Assembly (NCBI GenBank): GCA_965222225.1
Contig: CBDCTK010000002.1
Coordinates: forward strand, 928,001 to 992,000
DNA: 64,000 nucleotides
Reading direction: 5' to 3'
DNA from: Candidatus Poribacteria bacterium
GTDB lineage: Bacteria > Poribacteria > WGA-4E > JAJDTR01
The position numbers and the translations under genes were made by a program. This document shows positions 1 through 10,471 of the stretch, one piece after another (positions within the stretch are counted from its first letter, which is position 1; every line of letters begins with the position of its first letter). The notes under the pieces are model-generated. The model saw nothing but the letters and a program-made list of their open reading frames with translations, made no database searches and was not told where the DNA came from.

Positions 1-512
1 TTGCGCCCATTCCATGCCTCAACCACAGCTTCAGACAGGCGACTCAGAAGAAAGTCAACGTATTCGGAAGGCGTCATAACTTCTTCGCTCTGTTCAAGAC
101 ACCAACCTCCCGCCATAATAGGCGCGGTGTGGGTATGAGTGGCGTTAAGAAACAGCTTTCCGGTATCGAAATCAGGCAGCATTGGTTTGACTATATCGCG
201 CAGCCGCCCCTGGACCGCCTGTCGATTATCCCCAAATCCAATTGCGAGACGTGAGTCGTCCGGTATCCATAATAGATCGCACGAAACCATGATGACTTGC
301 TCACTCGCGTTATCCTCGCCCGCCGACTCGATCGCCAGCGCTGTAGCGGTTATGGGATCAAGCGCCTGCTTTGAGATCCTGACAAAGAACTGTCCCGCCA
401 GCGCTGCCGGCTTTTCGGGTGTTATGTCCGTCGAGGCCCATCCAATGAGAAGCTTGCTTCCTTTTTCGGTCGTGGCGCCGCCAGAAGACGCGTCTAAACA
501 CGCTGTCTGCAT
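1..512 (-). CDS. Neutral/alkaline ceramidase-like hydrolase, N-terminal part (runs off window edge)
   Basis: Manual translation from ATG at 512 (RBS GAGGAG): MQTACL...KLLIGWASTDITPEKP...DPITATALAIE...VSCDL...LNATHTHTAP, motifs of the ceramidase-like N-terminal domain. Confidence 0.7.
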   Translation of the reverse strand, partial: MQTACLDASSGGATTEKGSKLLIGWASTDITPEKPAALAGQFFVRISKQALDPITATALAIESAGEDNASEQVIMVSCDLLWIPDDSRLAIGFGDNRQAVQGRLRDIVKPMLPDFDTGKLFLNATHTHTAPIMAGGWCLEQSEEVMTPSEYVDFLLSRLSEAVVEAWNGR

Positions 513-565
513 TTCCAAATCTCCTCTTTAGTGGTTCAATCGCTAAGTCGGTGGTGTTGGCGGAT

Positions 566-591
566 GTAGGGGAGTGCCCGCGTGCGCTCCC
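566..591 (+). repeat. GTAG-type REP-like palindrome
   Basis: GTAGGGGAGTGCCCGCGTGCGCTCCC: GTAG tetranucleotide followed by an imperfect hairpin. Confidence 0.5.
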
Positions 592-714
592 GATTTCAGT
601 GGCTTTGGCAACCGGGCGGACAGCCCTCGACCGCTTTTGGTAGGCGGTGGAGGCATCGGAATACAGTCTATCAACATTATTAAGCTGACCAGTTGTAGTG
701 AGGAGGAAACAGTA

Positions 715-786
715 ATGCGTATTCAGGGAGAGTATGAAACGTCTGTGGCAGTTCCCGTCAATGTCATTGACACCCCTTACCAATAG
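715..786 (+). pseudogene. 23-aa ORF with strong RBS, probable truncated gene start
   Basis: GAGGAGG upstream of ATG; MRIQGEYETSVAVPVNVIDTPYQ*. Confidence 0.3.
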
Positions 787-894
787 TTACGCGGCGCACT
801 GCGCGGTCCTTACTTTCCCCTGCACCTCTAATTCAATAACTCGTGTTACAACTTTTCGATCTGTTGGTACACCTTAGAGTGTTACACTCTAGAA

Positions 895-1788
895 CTAGTA
901 CCAGCCAAAGATAGATGGAGCCACGAGAAAAAACAGGTTCTCTTGTGCGGTCAACGCTTTCTGTTGAGCATCACTGAGCGGTTTGAACCGTTCTGCCGCA
1001 TCTAACAGTTTTGGAACAAGACGTACATCCGAAGCAGTGACTGCTGTTGTTACGTCCTGAGAAAGTACAAACCGCAGACAATCATCTATTTCTTCTTGTT
1101 CATCAAAAGGTTCGTAACCAGTTTTATAAATCTGTCCAGTTGGTGATTGGCTCTGAATTTTATCACCCCATGGCCTTTTGGCTATAGTCTTGATTACCAT
1201 CAGCCCTACGTCTTTTTCCTTTGCTAGCTTTCGGAAGGATTCGTAATGTTTGTAATATTTGGGATTTGCATAAAGAATGAAGTTCAGTGGAAACATAACA
1301 GTGTCGAAATCGAAGCGATTAAGCGCCTCAACATGCGTGCTAAGTTGATGGCCTGTAATCCCAATATATCGAGTCAACCCCTTCTCACGCGCCTCAAGAA
1401 TACCTTCAACTGCCCCACCCGGGCCTGTTACAGTGTCCAATTCGTTGAGAGCGTGAACCCCATGAAGTTGATAAAGATCAAAATAGTCTACCTGCAATCG
1501 CTCCAAAGAGCGATGAAACTCTTCACGCGCTTCCTTCTTTTTCCTTTTGGTAGTCTTGCAGCCAATAGAGATTAAACTTCTGCTGTCTTTATGTCTTCGT
1601 ATCCATGAACCAATCCTCAGTTCTGCCTCCTCATAAGCAGGTGAAACATCAAAACGATTGACACCATGTTCAATTGCTAAATCAATAGCTTTATCCGCCT
1701 CCTTCTGGGAAACAGCGCCGAGACTTGCACCGCCGAAAGTGATTACCGAACTCATATGCTCTGTCTTTCCAAGTCTTCTCTTTTCCAT
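895..1788 (-). CDS. Aldo/keto reductase
   Basis: RRLGKT, FDVSPAY, SLERLQVDYFDLYQLH, IGITGH motifs; RBS AAGGAG. Confidence 0.9.
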   Translation of the reverse strand: MEKRRLGKTEHMSSVITFGGASLGAVSQKEADKAIDLAIEHGVNRFDVSPAYEEAELRIGSWIRRHKDSRSLISIGCKTTKRKKKEAREEFHRSLERLQVDYFDLYQLHGVHALNELDTVTGPGGAVEGILEAREKGLTRYIGITGHQLSTHVEALNRFDFDTVMFPLNFILYANPKYYKHYESFRKLAKEKDVGLMVIKTIAKRPWGDKIQSQSPTGQIYKTGYEPFDEQEEIDDCLRFVLSQDVTTAVTASDVRLVPKLLDAAERFKPLSDAQQKALTAQENLFFLVAPSIFGWY

Positions 1789-1804
1789 AAAATATCTCCT
1801 TCAT

Positions 1805-2153
1805 CCTTCTTGTTCGGGTAAGGGCATAGGGATCAGGGGTTTCCCTATTCCCTACCGGCCTCTATCCCCTCAAGCATGTTGAAAGGAAGGCAATACTCTT
1901 TCGCAAACCTGAGAACTCCTCTTCTCTACCTTCGAACTCTATCATCCAGTAGCCGCCGAAGCCTGTCTTCTTTACTATGTTCACGAGCCTGGCAGTATCC
2001 CATTCCGGTTGTTCACCATTCTCGTCGAAGTCATGCATCTTCGGGTGGATCTGCTTGGCAAAAGGAGCCACTTTTTCTATGGCTTGATAGCGAATATCTG
2101 CCCGAAAATTGCCGAAGTCGGGCACCGTTCCGATGTGATCACTATTAATTCTC
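1805..2153. repeat. 349-bp segmental duplication, copy 1 (copy 2 at 19898-20246)
   Basis: Near-identical sequence by direct comparison; covers isomerase 3' part plus downstream spacer. Confidence 0.95.
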
Positions 2154-2665
2154 TTAATAAGTGTGACCAACTCGTCAGGGTTTGCCGAGATCCCACCATG
2201 ATTCTCTATGACCATGTTCAAGCCGCGCTCTTCAGCCTCGGCAGTCAGACGCGCAAAGCTATCAATGCAAAGCTCTAACGCTTTCGGAGCACCGCCCCCT
2301 TGCCCGCCTGTATTATTTCGTACGTTTGGACAACCAAGTATCACGGCGCTGTCCATCCAACGGACAGTGCGATTTATGGCATCCTCGCGGTTGGCCGAAT
2401 CCGCAGATGAAAGATCATAACCCCCGTCGTCAATGGCGATGTTGTTAATATGCACACCGTAACTATCGGCGGCCCCTTTCAGGTTGGTAATATAATCATG
2501 TTCTTGAGAATCGAAGAATGGTGAGTTTAATTCTACGGCATCTACGCCTAACCCACGCACCGCGGCGAAGAATTGCGGGTAATCCATGGTCGGCGGCTTA
2601 GCCAGAAACCGCCTGTAAAAGGACCACGCTGAAATGCCAATTTTCAAATCCATTGATCCTCTCAC
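1862..2665 (-). CDS. Sugar phosphate isomerase/epimerase (AP endonuclease 2 TIM barrel)
   Basis: IENHGG, PDFGNF, HPK, IEFEG motifs; start may be the ATG of MDLKIG at 2653. Confidence 0.88.
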   Translation of the reverse strand: MRGSMDLKIGISAWSFYRRFLAKPPTMDYPQFFAAVRGLGVDAVELNSPFFDSQEHDYITNLKGAADSYGVHINNIAIDDGGYDLSSADSANREDAINRTVRWMDSAVILGCPNVRNNTGGQGGGAPKALELCIDSFARLTAEAEERGLNMVIENHGGISANPDELVTLIKRINSDHIGTVPDFGNFRADIRYQAIEKVAPFAKQIHPKMHDFDENGEQPEWDTARLVNIVKKTGFGGYWMIEFEGREEEFSGLRKSIAFLSTCLRG

Positions 2666-2836
2666 TCTTTTTCCTCAAAATTTTTCCAAAAGCTTGAGGT
2701 GCGTCAAGGTCGCGCCTGGAAGGCTACTCCCGCTCATAGTCCTGACCCGAGGAATTCTCACCGAAAGCGGCGACAAGGGTCTGAGACATGATCGCCAAGA
2801 ACCGCATGATACCAGCATTTGATAGGGATCATCATG

Positions 2837-2870
2837 AGGAAATTCGCGCTCTTGGCGGCGCGAATTTCCT
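2837..2870. terminator. 13-bp stem hairpin downstream of LamG gene
   Basis: AGGAAATTCGCGC-N8-GCGCGAATTTCCT. Confidence 0.5.
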
Positions 2871-2978
2871 CCCACATTGTAGCAACCATGCGGGTTTGTG
2901 TTCATGGGCATCTAGGCGATCCTGTTGAGAATTTCTATCCTGACCCCGGATTGTTGTGAGTTTGCCGGTGAAAACGGT

Positions 2979-3842
2979 CTACTTTGAAACCTTTATCCCT
3001 CCCCAAGTATGAGCTAGCTTGTCAGTAGGTTGTACTGCAGTTGCAGTAGCCCCCTCCGCAGCAAAGTTCTCCGATATTTCGTCTTCATCTAGAGCTCGAT
3101 TATAAACCGCGACCTCGTCGATGAAACCGTCGAACCATACTGGCCACGAACCATCCCCCGCGAATACTATAGTTCCAATGGTGAAAGGTCCTGTACCTGC
3201 CATAGACTCTGTTAAATTATCTCTTTGTGAGGAAACTGGTTGATCTTCTCCATTAATAGAGAGATGTATACCAGCAACATTAGATGTTCCCTCATAGCTC
3301 ATACAGACGTAAGTCCAATCCGTGGCTATTTTCATAGAATTGTCTGGAGTACTAGAATTAATATCATTGCCTCCAAGTATATGGGACAAGACACCGTTTA
3401 AAGTATATGGCTCATCAGGATGACCAACACCTGTAACAGTGAGTAAATAGCCGTGCCAATTATCATCGATCTTGCCAGCAATAGCCTGGCCCCACAACTG
3501 CCAAGGTTCCACCACTTCCAGCCTTCCTTCGTTTCCTTTAACCCATGCACAAATAGTAAAGGGGTCAAAGGAATCAAAATTCAAACTCTCATCGTTTCCA
3601 CAATTAACAGCATCACCATCGCCATCAAACTCCAGTGCATTACCGACTTTCCCACTGGCTATTTTGGCATCACCGACGATGGTTCCAACATTATCCCCCC
3701 AACCGTCTGCGACCGTTCCATCTGCTATACTCTCAAAGTTCCAGTAACTAACCAGTCCTTCAGTAACAAATTGGGCTTTCGCCACATTTGCATACACAAA
3801 AACAGTTGCTATAACCGCCAGAACCAAAACCTTGTTAAACAT
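2979..3842 (-). CDS. Secreted LamG/concanavalin A-like domain protein with C-terminal TWGxIK motif
   Basis: Signal peptide MFNKVLVLAV...AKA; GLVSYWNF, GKVGNALEFDG, FDGFIDEVAVYNRAL; ends AVQPTDKLAHTWGGIKVSK; start reassigned to ATG 3842 with RBS AAGGAG. Confidence 0.9.
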   Translation of the reverse strand: MFNKVLVLAVIATVFVYANVAKAQFVTEGLVSYWNFESIADGTVADGWGDNVGTIVGDAKIASGKVGNALEFDGDGDAVNCGNDESLNFDSFDPFTICAWVKGNEGRLEVVEPWQLWGQAIAGKIDDNWHGYLLTVTGVGHPDEPYTLNGVLSHILGGNDINSSTPDNSMKIATDWTYVCMSYEGTSNVAGIHLSINGEDQPVSSQRDNLTESMAGTGPFTIGTIVFAGDGSWPVWFDGFIDEVAVYNRALDEDEISENFAAEGATATAVQPTDKLAHTWGGIKVSK

Positions 3843-4110
3843 TTTTAATCTCCTTCTCATTGTGGCACTATCACATTTGCCAGTGAACAAAGCATACTCA
3901 CCCCTATAATTGGGTTTGGACTGCTTATGCACTACCTCAGCGGGTTGGTCCGGAATCGAGATAAACCTATGGAAACAAGCGGACCAAAAATATAAAACCA
4001 TAAAACCCGTTCTATCGGATCAATTTAACCACCCCCATTCTCTTGCTGAGAGTTTTCGAAAAGTCATAGCCCTGACCCCAGATTGTTGTGAATTAGTCGG
4101 TGAAAACGGT

Positions 4111-4974
4111 CTACTTTGAAACCTTTATCTCTCCCCAAGTATGAGCTAGCTTGTTGGTAGGTTGTACTGCAAGCCCGTCCTCAGCAAAGTTCTGCGATAT
4201 TTCGTCTTCACTTAGAGCTCGATTATAAACGGCGACCTCGTCGATGAGACCGTCGAACCATATTGGCCAGTCAGTAACCGTTACATGTCCAATGTGGAAT
4301 CTTGCTCTACTTGATATAGAAGCTGTTAAACCATCTCTTTGCGTGGAAACTGGTTGATCTTCTCCATTAATAGAGAGATGTATACCAGCAACATTAGATG
4401 TTCCCTCATAGCTCATACAGACGTAAGTCCAATCTGTGGCTATAATCATAGAATTGTCTGGAGTACTACAATTAATATCATTGTCTCCAAGTGTATTGGA
4501 CAAGACAGCGTTTAAAGTATATGGCTCATTATTATGACCAGCACCTGTAATAGTGAGTATATAGCCGTGCCAACCATCATCCACCTTGCCAGCAATAGCC
4601 TGGCCCCACTCCTGCCAAGGTTGCAGCACGGCCAGCCCTTCTTCGTGTGCTTTAACCCATGCACAAATACTAAAGGGGTCTTCTGTATCAAAATTCAAAC
4701 TCTCATCGTTTCCACAATCAACAGAATCACCATCGCCATCAAACTCCAGTGCATTACCGACTTTCCCAACTTTTTTTTTGGGATCACCGACGATGGTTCC
4801 ATCATTCTTCCCCCAAACGTCCCTTACCGTTTTACCTTCTATGGTCTCTGCCTCAAAGCTCCAGTAACTAACCAGTCCTTCAGTAACAAATTGGGCTTTT
4901 GCCACATTGGCATACACAAAAAAAGTTGCTATAGTCGTAAGAACAGAGGTTATGGTCAAAATCTTGTTATACAT
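4111..4974 (-). CDS. Secreted LamG domain protein, tandem paralog of 2979-3842
   Basis: Same motifs; ends AVQPTNKLAHTWGEIKVSK; IS1595 end lies 3 bp upstream of the start codon. Confidence 0.88.
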   Translation of the reverse strand: MYNKILTITSVLTTIATFFVYANVAKAQFVTEGLVSYWSFEAETIEGKTVRDVWGKNDGTIVGDPKKKVGKVGNALEFDGDGDSVDCGNDESLNFDTEDPFSICAWVKAHEEGLAVLQPWQEWGQAIAGKVDDGWHGYILTITGAGHNNEPYTLNAVLSNTLGDNDINCSTPDNSMIIATDWTYVCMSYEGTSNVAGIHLSINGEDQPVSTQRDGLTASISSRARFHIGHVTVTDWPIWFDGLIDEVAVYNRALSEDEISQNFAEDGLAVQPTNKLAHTWGEIKVSK

Positions 4975-4977
4975 TTT

Positions 4978-6226
4978 CGGAATTAGTAGCTTGTAGCTTT
5001 TAGACTGACGACAAACATAAAACTTGGTACCCTGTCGTAAATCTTTTCGTCACACGTAGATGTCCATAGTGACTATTCTTCTCGTAGGAGTTTGCTATGG
5101 ACATTTTGAATCTTATGAAAGAGTTTCCAAATCAAGAATCTTGTCTCAGATTTATAGAGGAAAAACGTTGGAAGGACGGTGTTTGCTGTATCCACTGTGG
5201 CAGTGAAAAAGTTGGACGCAAGAACAAAAACGACATTACTACTGGTTGGAATTGCTACGATTGTGAATCTAGCTTTTCGGCTACAGCAGGAACCATCTTC
5301 CATGGTACCAAGATACCTCTCCAGAAATGGTTTTTGGCTATCTCAATTCTTTCCAATGCCAAGAAAAGCATATCGAGTTGTCAGCTTGCTCGTGACTTGG
5401 ACATGAATCAAAAGTCCGCTTGGTATATGGCAATGCGCCTCCGTGAGAAAATGAGTGATAGTGATGAATTGCTGAAAGGGATAGTTGAAGCGGACGAAAC
5501 CTATGTCGGCGGCAAACCCAGAGCAAAATCTAAGAGAGGTAGAGGCACAAATAAATCTCCCGTCATCGGCGTAGTCGAGAGAGGCGGTCGGGTGGTTGCT
5601 AAATTCATGAAGGTTCTATCTGGTGAAAATATCAGAGAATTCATCCTTAGCAATGTCTCACCCGATGAGTCTATTCTTATGACTGATGAATTTCGCTCTT
5701 ACAATAGTCTGGACGAAGATATCGAAAGACATGTTATCCATCACCAAGAGAGATATGTTTCTGAGGACGGCGTAACTCACACCAACACCATCGAGTCGTT
5801 TTGGGCTTGTGTCAAGAGGTCATTCTACGGAACGCATCATCACTACAGCAAGAAGTGGCTGCCACTGTATATCATGGAGTCTTGCTGGAAATATAATCGC
5901 AGAAAAGATGATGAGATTTTCATAAGATTTTTTGATGAATGCTTCACCTGAGCCACATGAATTGTTTGGCTATCGGTATATTCTGTCAACGACAACATCA
6001 TGGTGTGCTGAAAATCCCATAGTGTTGGAAATTAAAATCCCGCAGATAACCCGCAATGCTCCCGCGAGCATGTACAAACGCTTGGTCAACATGATATGCC
6101 TCCATTTCTCTCTTATAGAGATGTATTTTAGTGTGAATCAAGATTCCGAACACTGTCTAAAATGATTGTACATTAAGAAGAGAAAAGCAAGCAAATCGAC
6201 CAAAAAGCAGTTAACTACTAAGTCCC
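4978..6226 (+). mobile_element. IS1595-family insertion sequence, copy 1 (1249 bp)
   Basis: Imperfect TIRs CGGAATTAGTAG / GGGACTTAGTAG; matches 59306-60554 in inverted orientation; flanks TACATTTT vs TTTTCATT do not form a TSD. Confidence 0.93.
5097..5951 (+). CDS. IS1595-family (ISXO2-like) DDE transposase
   Basis: Zn ribbon CIHC...CYDC, VEADETYVGG, LMTDE, HTNTIESFW. Confidence 0.95.
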   Translation: MDILNLMKEFPNQESCLRFIEEKRWKDGVCCIHCGSEKVGRKNKNDITTGWNCYDCESSFSATAGTIFHGTKIPLQKWFLAISILSNAKKSISSCQLARDLDMNQKSAWYMAMRLREKMSDSDELLKGIVEADETYVGGKPRAKSKRGRGTNKSPVIGVVERGGRVVAKFMKVLSGENIREFILSNVSPDESILMTDEFRSYNSLDEDIERHVIHHQERYVSEDGVTHTNTIESFWACVKRSFYGTHHHYSKKWLPLYIMESCWKYNRRKDDEIFIRFFDECFT

Positions 6227-6345
6227 TTTTCATTTTGACACCACCTTTCAAGGCGGCATTGTATTATACAACGCTCCTTGAAAATGGACAACATTGGCGA
6301 TCCGAATTGTCTAATATTGAGCTTTTACGCCACCCCATGTGATAG

Positions 6346-6800
6346 CTAACTTGCTATCGGGCTGCACGGCTGACGACGGTATGCGATCGCCGGTGATAGA
6401 TACATCAGCGAAGTTCGCTCCGCCAGTATCAACCGTATACAATCCGATCTTCCCAGCAGCGCCGATTTGATGATTTCACGTATGTCTCTCAGGTAGTCTG
6501 TTACATTCTCCTTTGCTGGCTTTATCACCAGCTTTGGTCTACCATATGGGCTTCTGGGGTTATACTTCCTTATGTTGAATCCCAGAAAATCAAAGCCATG
6601 GCTGATATGGGTTATCTTGGTCTTCTCGTCTAATAACTCTACTCCCACCTTCTCTTTGGCCCCGATAGACACCCTTTCTTTCCACCCACTTTCTCATTTA
6701 TGCCGCCACCCCCAGTGCAGACAGGAAATCCAACTGGGCACAATCCTCCTCACGCTTCTGCTTTTCTCATTGCATTTCCCAGTAACCATAAAGCACTTTG
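6346..6800 (-). pseudogene. Group II intron reverse transcriptase/maturase remnant
   Basis: EKTKITHISHGFDFLGFNIRKY...KLVIKPAKENV (RT domain 6-7/thumb junction); no intact YADD motif seen. Confidence 0.75.
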
Positions 6801-7208
6801 CCATCTTTGTCAAGCACTTTTCTTCATTTTCTGTGTTAGAGCAAACTTCTCCTGCTCCCGACGCTATCCTAATTTTCAATGATATTGTATTAGTCACGAA
6901 TATGTTGCAGTAAAAAGGCCACCTTTTTTGACGATTTTCAATTTGCGACTCTCTGACTAAGAACCTGTCCAAATCCAGTGATTTGCTGCATTCTGAGCAC
7001 GTTTAGATTGGAATCGATCCCATCAAAATAGCAATGTTTGGCTATTTTTTCGACTGCAACATATATCTGACTAATACAACAATCGAAATAATCAAGATAA
7101 AACACAGTAAAATCAATTACTACTTTCCACTATCGGCAAATCATACCATATTCCGCTATTTACGACACGAACGTTTTTCACCTTCGCCAAAAAAATCACC
7201 TGTTGGAA

Positions 7209-8001
7209 TTATGACATAATCAGGCCGCCGTCCACATTTATGGTTTGCGCTGTGATGTAGGACGCATCTTCTGAAGCAAGAAAAGCGACTAATCCAGCCA
7301 CATCTTCAGGCTTTCCTGCTTTCTTCATCGGTATCCCCTCCACCCATTCCCTCATCAGCTCTCCTTCCTTATAGTTACCTAGTAGTTTACCCCATTCCCT
7401 GTCATTATAGGTCCACATATCAGTTTTTATGATCCCCGGGCATATGGCGTTTACTGTTATTCCGCAGGTGGCCAATTCCTTGGCAAGGCTCTGGGTAATG
7501 CCTACAACTCCCATCTTGCTGGCCGCATAATGAGGCGTATAGATGAAACCATCCCTGGCTTGCCCGGATGCAGTGTTGATCAGTCGCCCGTAATCCTGTT
7601 TCATCATGATCCTTGCTGCTGCCTGACAACATAGAAAAACACCTTTGGTATTGACTGCCATGACCCTGTCCCATTCATCCTCGGTCATTTCCTCGACTGT
7701 CGCGATGGTGATGATACCGGCGTTTTGAACGGAAATATCAACGCGTCCGAACTCTTCCACAGCCTTATCATACAGTAGTTCGACGGCAGGTTTCTGGCTT
7801 ACATCGCAGGTGACAGGCAGCCGCTCTACCCAATGCGCTTATCTCTTCCGCAACATCATTAACCCTATCCTCGTTTGCACTTACGACAAGGGCAGCGCCT
7901 TCTGAAGCGAACCGCAGAGCAATGGCTCTGCCTATTCCACGACTTGCTCCGGTAATCACAACCACCTTGTTCTCAAACCTGTTCAGCTTCTCCATTTTCA
8001 T
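7209..8001 (-). pseudogene. SDR family oxidoreductase, frameshifted near 7770-7830
   Basis: N-terminal TGASRGIG in ORF 7768-8058; NAG, YAASK, NAICPG, VDGG in ORF 7209-7760. Confidence 0.85.
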
Positions 8002-8115
8002 CGCTGAATCCTTCGATTTCTCCCCTTTGAGGCGGACTTCGCCCGAACCTTTTCCCATTTTCTATCACCTCCCCTGCTACTGCGACCTGCCACTATTTCC
8101 CGTCGACCGCACGTC

Positions 8116-9693
8116 CTATTTCAGGATGAGCATTCTGCGGGTGGCCTGGAAGGGGCCTGCCTGGAGGGTGTAGAAATAGATGCCACTGGAAACGGTCTCT
8201 CCGACTTGGTCCCTACCGTCCCAATAGGCAGCGGTTTCTCGGCTCAGATAGCCCGCTGCTTTTTGGGTACCGAGATCTAACTCGCGGGTCAGTTGCCCTT
8301 GGACGTTGTAAATGCGAAAAGTGACATCGGCTTCGCTGGCCAGGTGATACGGCAGCCAGGTTTCAGGGTTAAACGGGTTCGGGAAGTTCTGAAGCAGGGC
8401 TGTGTGCTTGACCTTGCCCAACGTTGTCACTCTCAATCCAAACGGCTCAACGGCGAAGGGCGGTGTGCCAAAATCCCTTTCGCTATTATAGACATACACC
8501 AACGCGCCGTCACCATGGGGCTTATTTTCGCCGCGGTCTATCTCCACACCATGAGACGAGACAACGACCATGTTGGTGCTCATAGCGACCGCAAAGCCGA
8601 AGCGGAAATATTTGCCTCCTTCGATGGGCACGACCTTTTTCCTCGCCTCCCAGACGCCGTCAACACGTGCAAAGCCATAAGCGGCACCTGAGGCCGGTGC
8701 GACTTCATTGGCTCCAGCGGCCCCAACGATGGCGATGTTCCCAGCGACGGCGACACCAGATCCGAAGTTATGGTCTTTCCCTGGGTCTATAGCACTCAGC
8801 TTCGCGTGCTGTTTCCAGGTGGCTCCGTTCGGCACAAAGATATAGGCGGCACCGACATCTTCCTTGCGCTCAGCATCATGAAATGGTGCCCCAACGAAGA
8901 TGGTGTTCCCGCCTATGGCAACAGAAGTTCCGAAACCGTCGTGCTGTCCGGCGTCGTCGGCCGTGAGTTTGGCTTGTTGTACCCATGTCTCCCCCTCGCG
9001 TACGAAGACATAGGCGGCGCCGGCGGATTTTTTTCCACTATGCGCGTGCGCAGGCGCCCCGACGACGATGGTGCCCCCACGGAGGACGACGGCCTCTCCG
9101 AAAGCGTCTCCTTTTGCTAAATCTCTGGCGACCAGCTTCACCTGCTGTTTCCAAATGCCCTCATCTTTTACAAAGATATAGGCAGAACCCGAGTTGCTGC
9201 CGGCATCATCGTCCTTGGGTGACCCAACGATGGCAGTGTTCCTGTCAATGTAAACAGCTTTTCCGAACGAGTCGGCTGCTTTTGTGTCTTCGCCAGAAAG
9301 TTTCACCCGACCTTTCCAGTTGTTCGCGCCCTGGGCAAAGATAGAAACCGAACTGGCAAATGGTTGCCCAACAATGGCAGTGGTCCCGCTGATGCCGACC
9401 GACCATCCGAAGGTCTCGGGTGGATCACCTGGTTTGGGGAAGAGTTCCACCTGCTTTTCCCACTTTTTGCCATCGTTTTTGAAGATTACGGTGCTGTCAT
9501 CGCGAGGTTTATTGAGGAGAGGGCCCCCAACGATCACGAATTCTCCACTAATATCACTGGACAAGTGGTGTGCCCCCTGTTTGTCATGGACGACAAGCTT
9601 GACTTCGTCTTCGCGCGCGAAGGCCGTGTGATTGATGGACCCCGATACAATACCGACAACCAGACTGAAGAGAATAAACCTGAAGGTTTTCAT
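8116..9693 (-). CDS. Secreted FG-GAP repeat (integrin-alpha beta-propeller) protein with Por/T9SS-type A-like (FlgD Ig) C-terminal domain
   Basis: Repeats FGxxVxIxGxTxxVGAP...GAAYxF; tail LLQNFPNPFNPETW...WDGRD...SSGIYFY; signal peptide from MKTFRF (ATG 9693, RBS AAGGAG). Confidence 0.92.
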   Translation of the reverse strand: MKTFRFILFSLVVGIVSGSINHTAFAREDEVKLVVHDKQGAHHLSSDISGEFVIVGGPLLNKPRDDSTVIFKNDGKKWEKQVELFPKPGDPPETFGWSVGISGTTAIVGQPFASSVSIFAQGANNWKGRVKLSGEDTKAADSFGKAVYIDRNTAIVGSPKDDDAGSNSGSAYIFVKDEGIWKQQVKLVARDLAKGDAFGEAVVLRGGTIVVGAPAHAHSGKKSAGAAYVFVREGETWVQQAKLTADDAGQHDGFGTSVAIGGNTIFVGAPFHDAERKEDVGAAYIFVPNGATWKQHAKLSAIDPGKDHNFGSGVAVAGNIAIVGAAGANEVAPASGAAYGFARVDGVWEARKKVVPIEGGKYFRFGFAVAMSTNMVVVSSHGVEIDRGENKPHGDGALVYVYNSERDFGTPPFAVEPFGLRVTTLGKVKHTALLQNFPNPFNPETWLPYHLASEADVTFRIYNVQGQLTRELDLGTQKAAGYLSRETAAYWDGRDQVGETVSSGIYFYTLQAGPFQATRRMLILK

Positions 9694-10007
9694 GAGAATC
9701 TCCTTTCGATGTGCCGTCGCCGGCATACGGCGTCATGATGCTCGATTCCTTAACTATTAACCTATTGAGCGACGGCAAAAATTAAACTTGAGCGCCTACT
9801 GTTGTCTCCTTGGTTGAACAAACTACGACCTATTTTACGGCAGTTTGTAATGGTCAATGAAATGTTGCAGATGCTCCTACGAGGATCCCGGGGCGGACAG
9901 CTTTAAAACTTCAGTCGGTGTTGCATCGTGTTCCCCCCAGAGTTGGGGGAACGCAAATCGAGAAGACGCTGCAACACCTTCTTGACCAATACATAATTTT
10001 CAATGAT

Positions 10008-10232
10008 ATGTATAATCTTAGCGGAAAAGTTGCTTTAGTTACGGGCGCTGGTGGTGAACACGGAATTGGACGCGCCATTGCAACTCGTCTTGCCAGGGAG
10101 GGAGCCGATGTCGTAGTTAATGACATCGCCACCCCGCCGTCAAACGCGACAGGTTGGGGTGGTCTGCCGGAAGTCGTCCGCGAAATCCAGGCGCTAGGCA
10201 GGCAATCCATAGAGATTAGTTTCTGCTTATAA
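10008..10232 (+). pseudogene. SDR oxidoreductase N-terminal fragment
   Basis: MYNLSGKVALVTGAGGEHGIGRAIA...VVVND, truncated after about 70 aa. Confidence 0.8.
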
Positions 10233-10471
10233 GCCGTTGAGAACTGGGTCTCTAGCACATTTGGAGATGTTCGGCACACACGCCTTCCTAGCTACCTTAC
10301 GTGGGTCGTCATCCGCCGAATCGGAATCGGCCCTCCGGAGATTCCGACGGCTCTTGAGAGAATACTTGGTCTGGATCAGCGATTTTCTAAGATCAGGATG
10401 CACAAAAGTGTCCAAGAGGTCGGCGGATAGTGCAAACGTATCTGATAAAACGATACGAAGGCGCGTAAAAC

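Noticed and set aside
5932-6165. 77-aa ORF after the IS1595 transposase (and its mirror at 59367-59600)
   Set aside because: No RBS or recognisable motif, and it is antisense to the better-supported 40-aa ORF.
2979-6800. Diversity-generating retroelement (RT fragment near two similar LamG genes as TR/VR)
   Set aside because: The RT is a group II-type remnant without a catalytic motif. Differences between the paralogs span the whole genes, include indels and do not appear adenine-specific.
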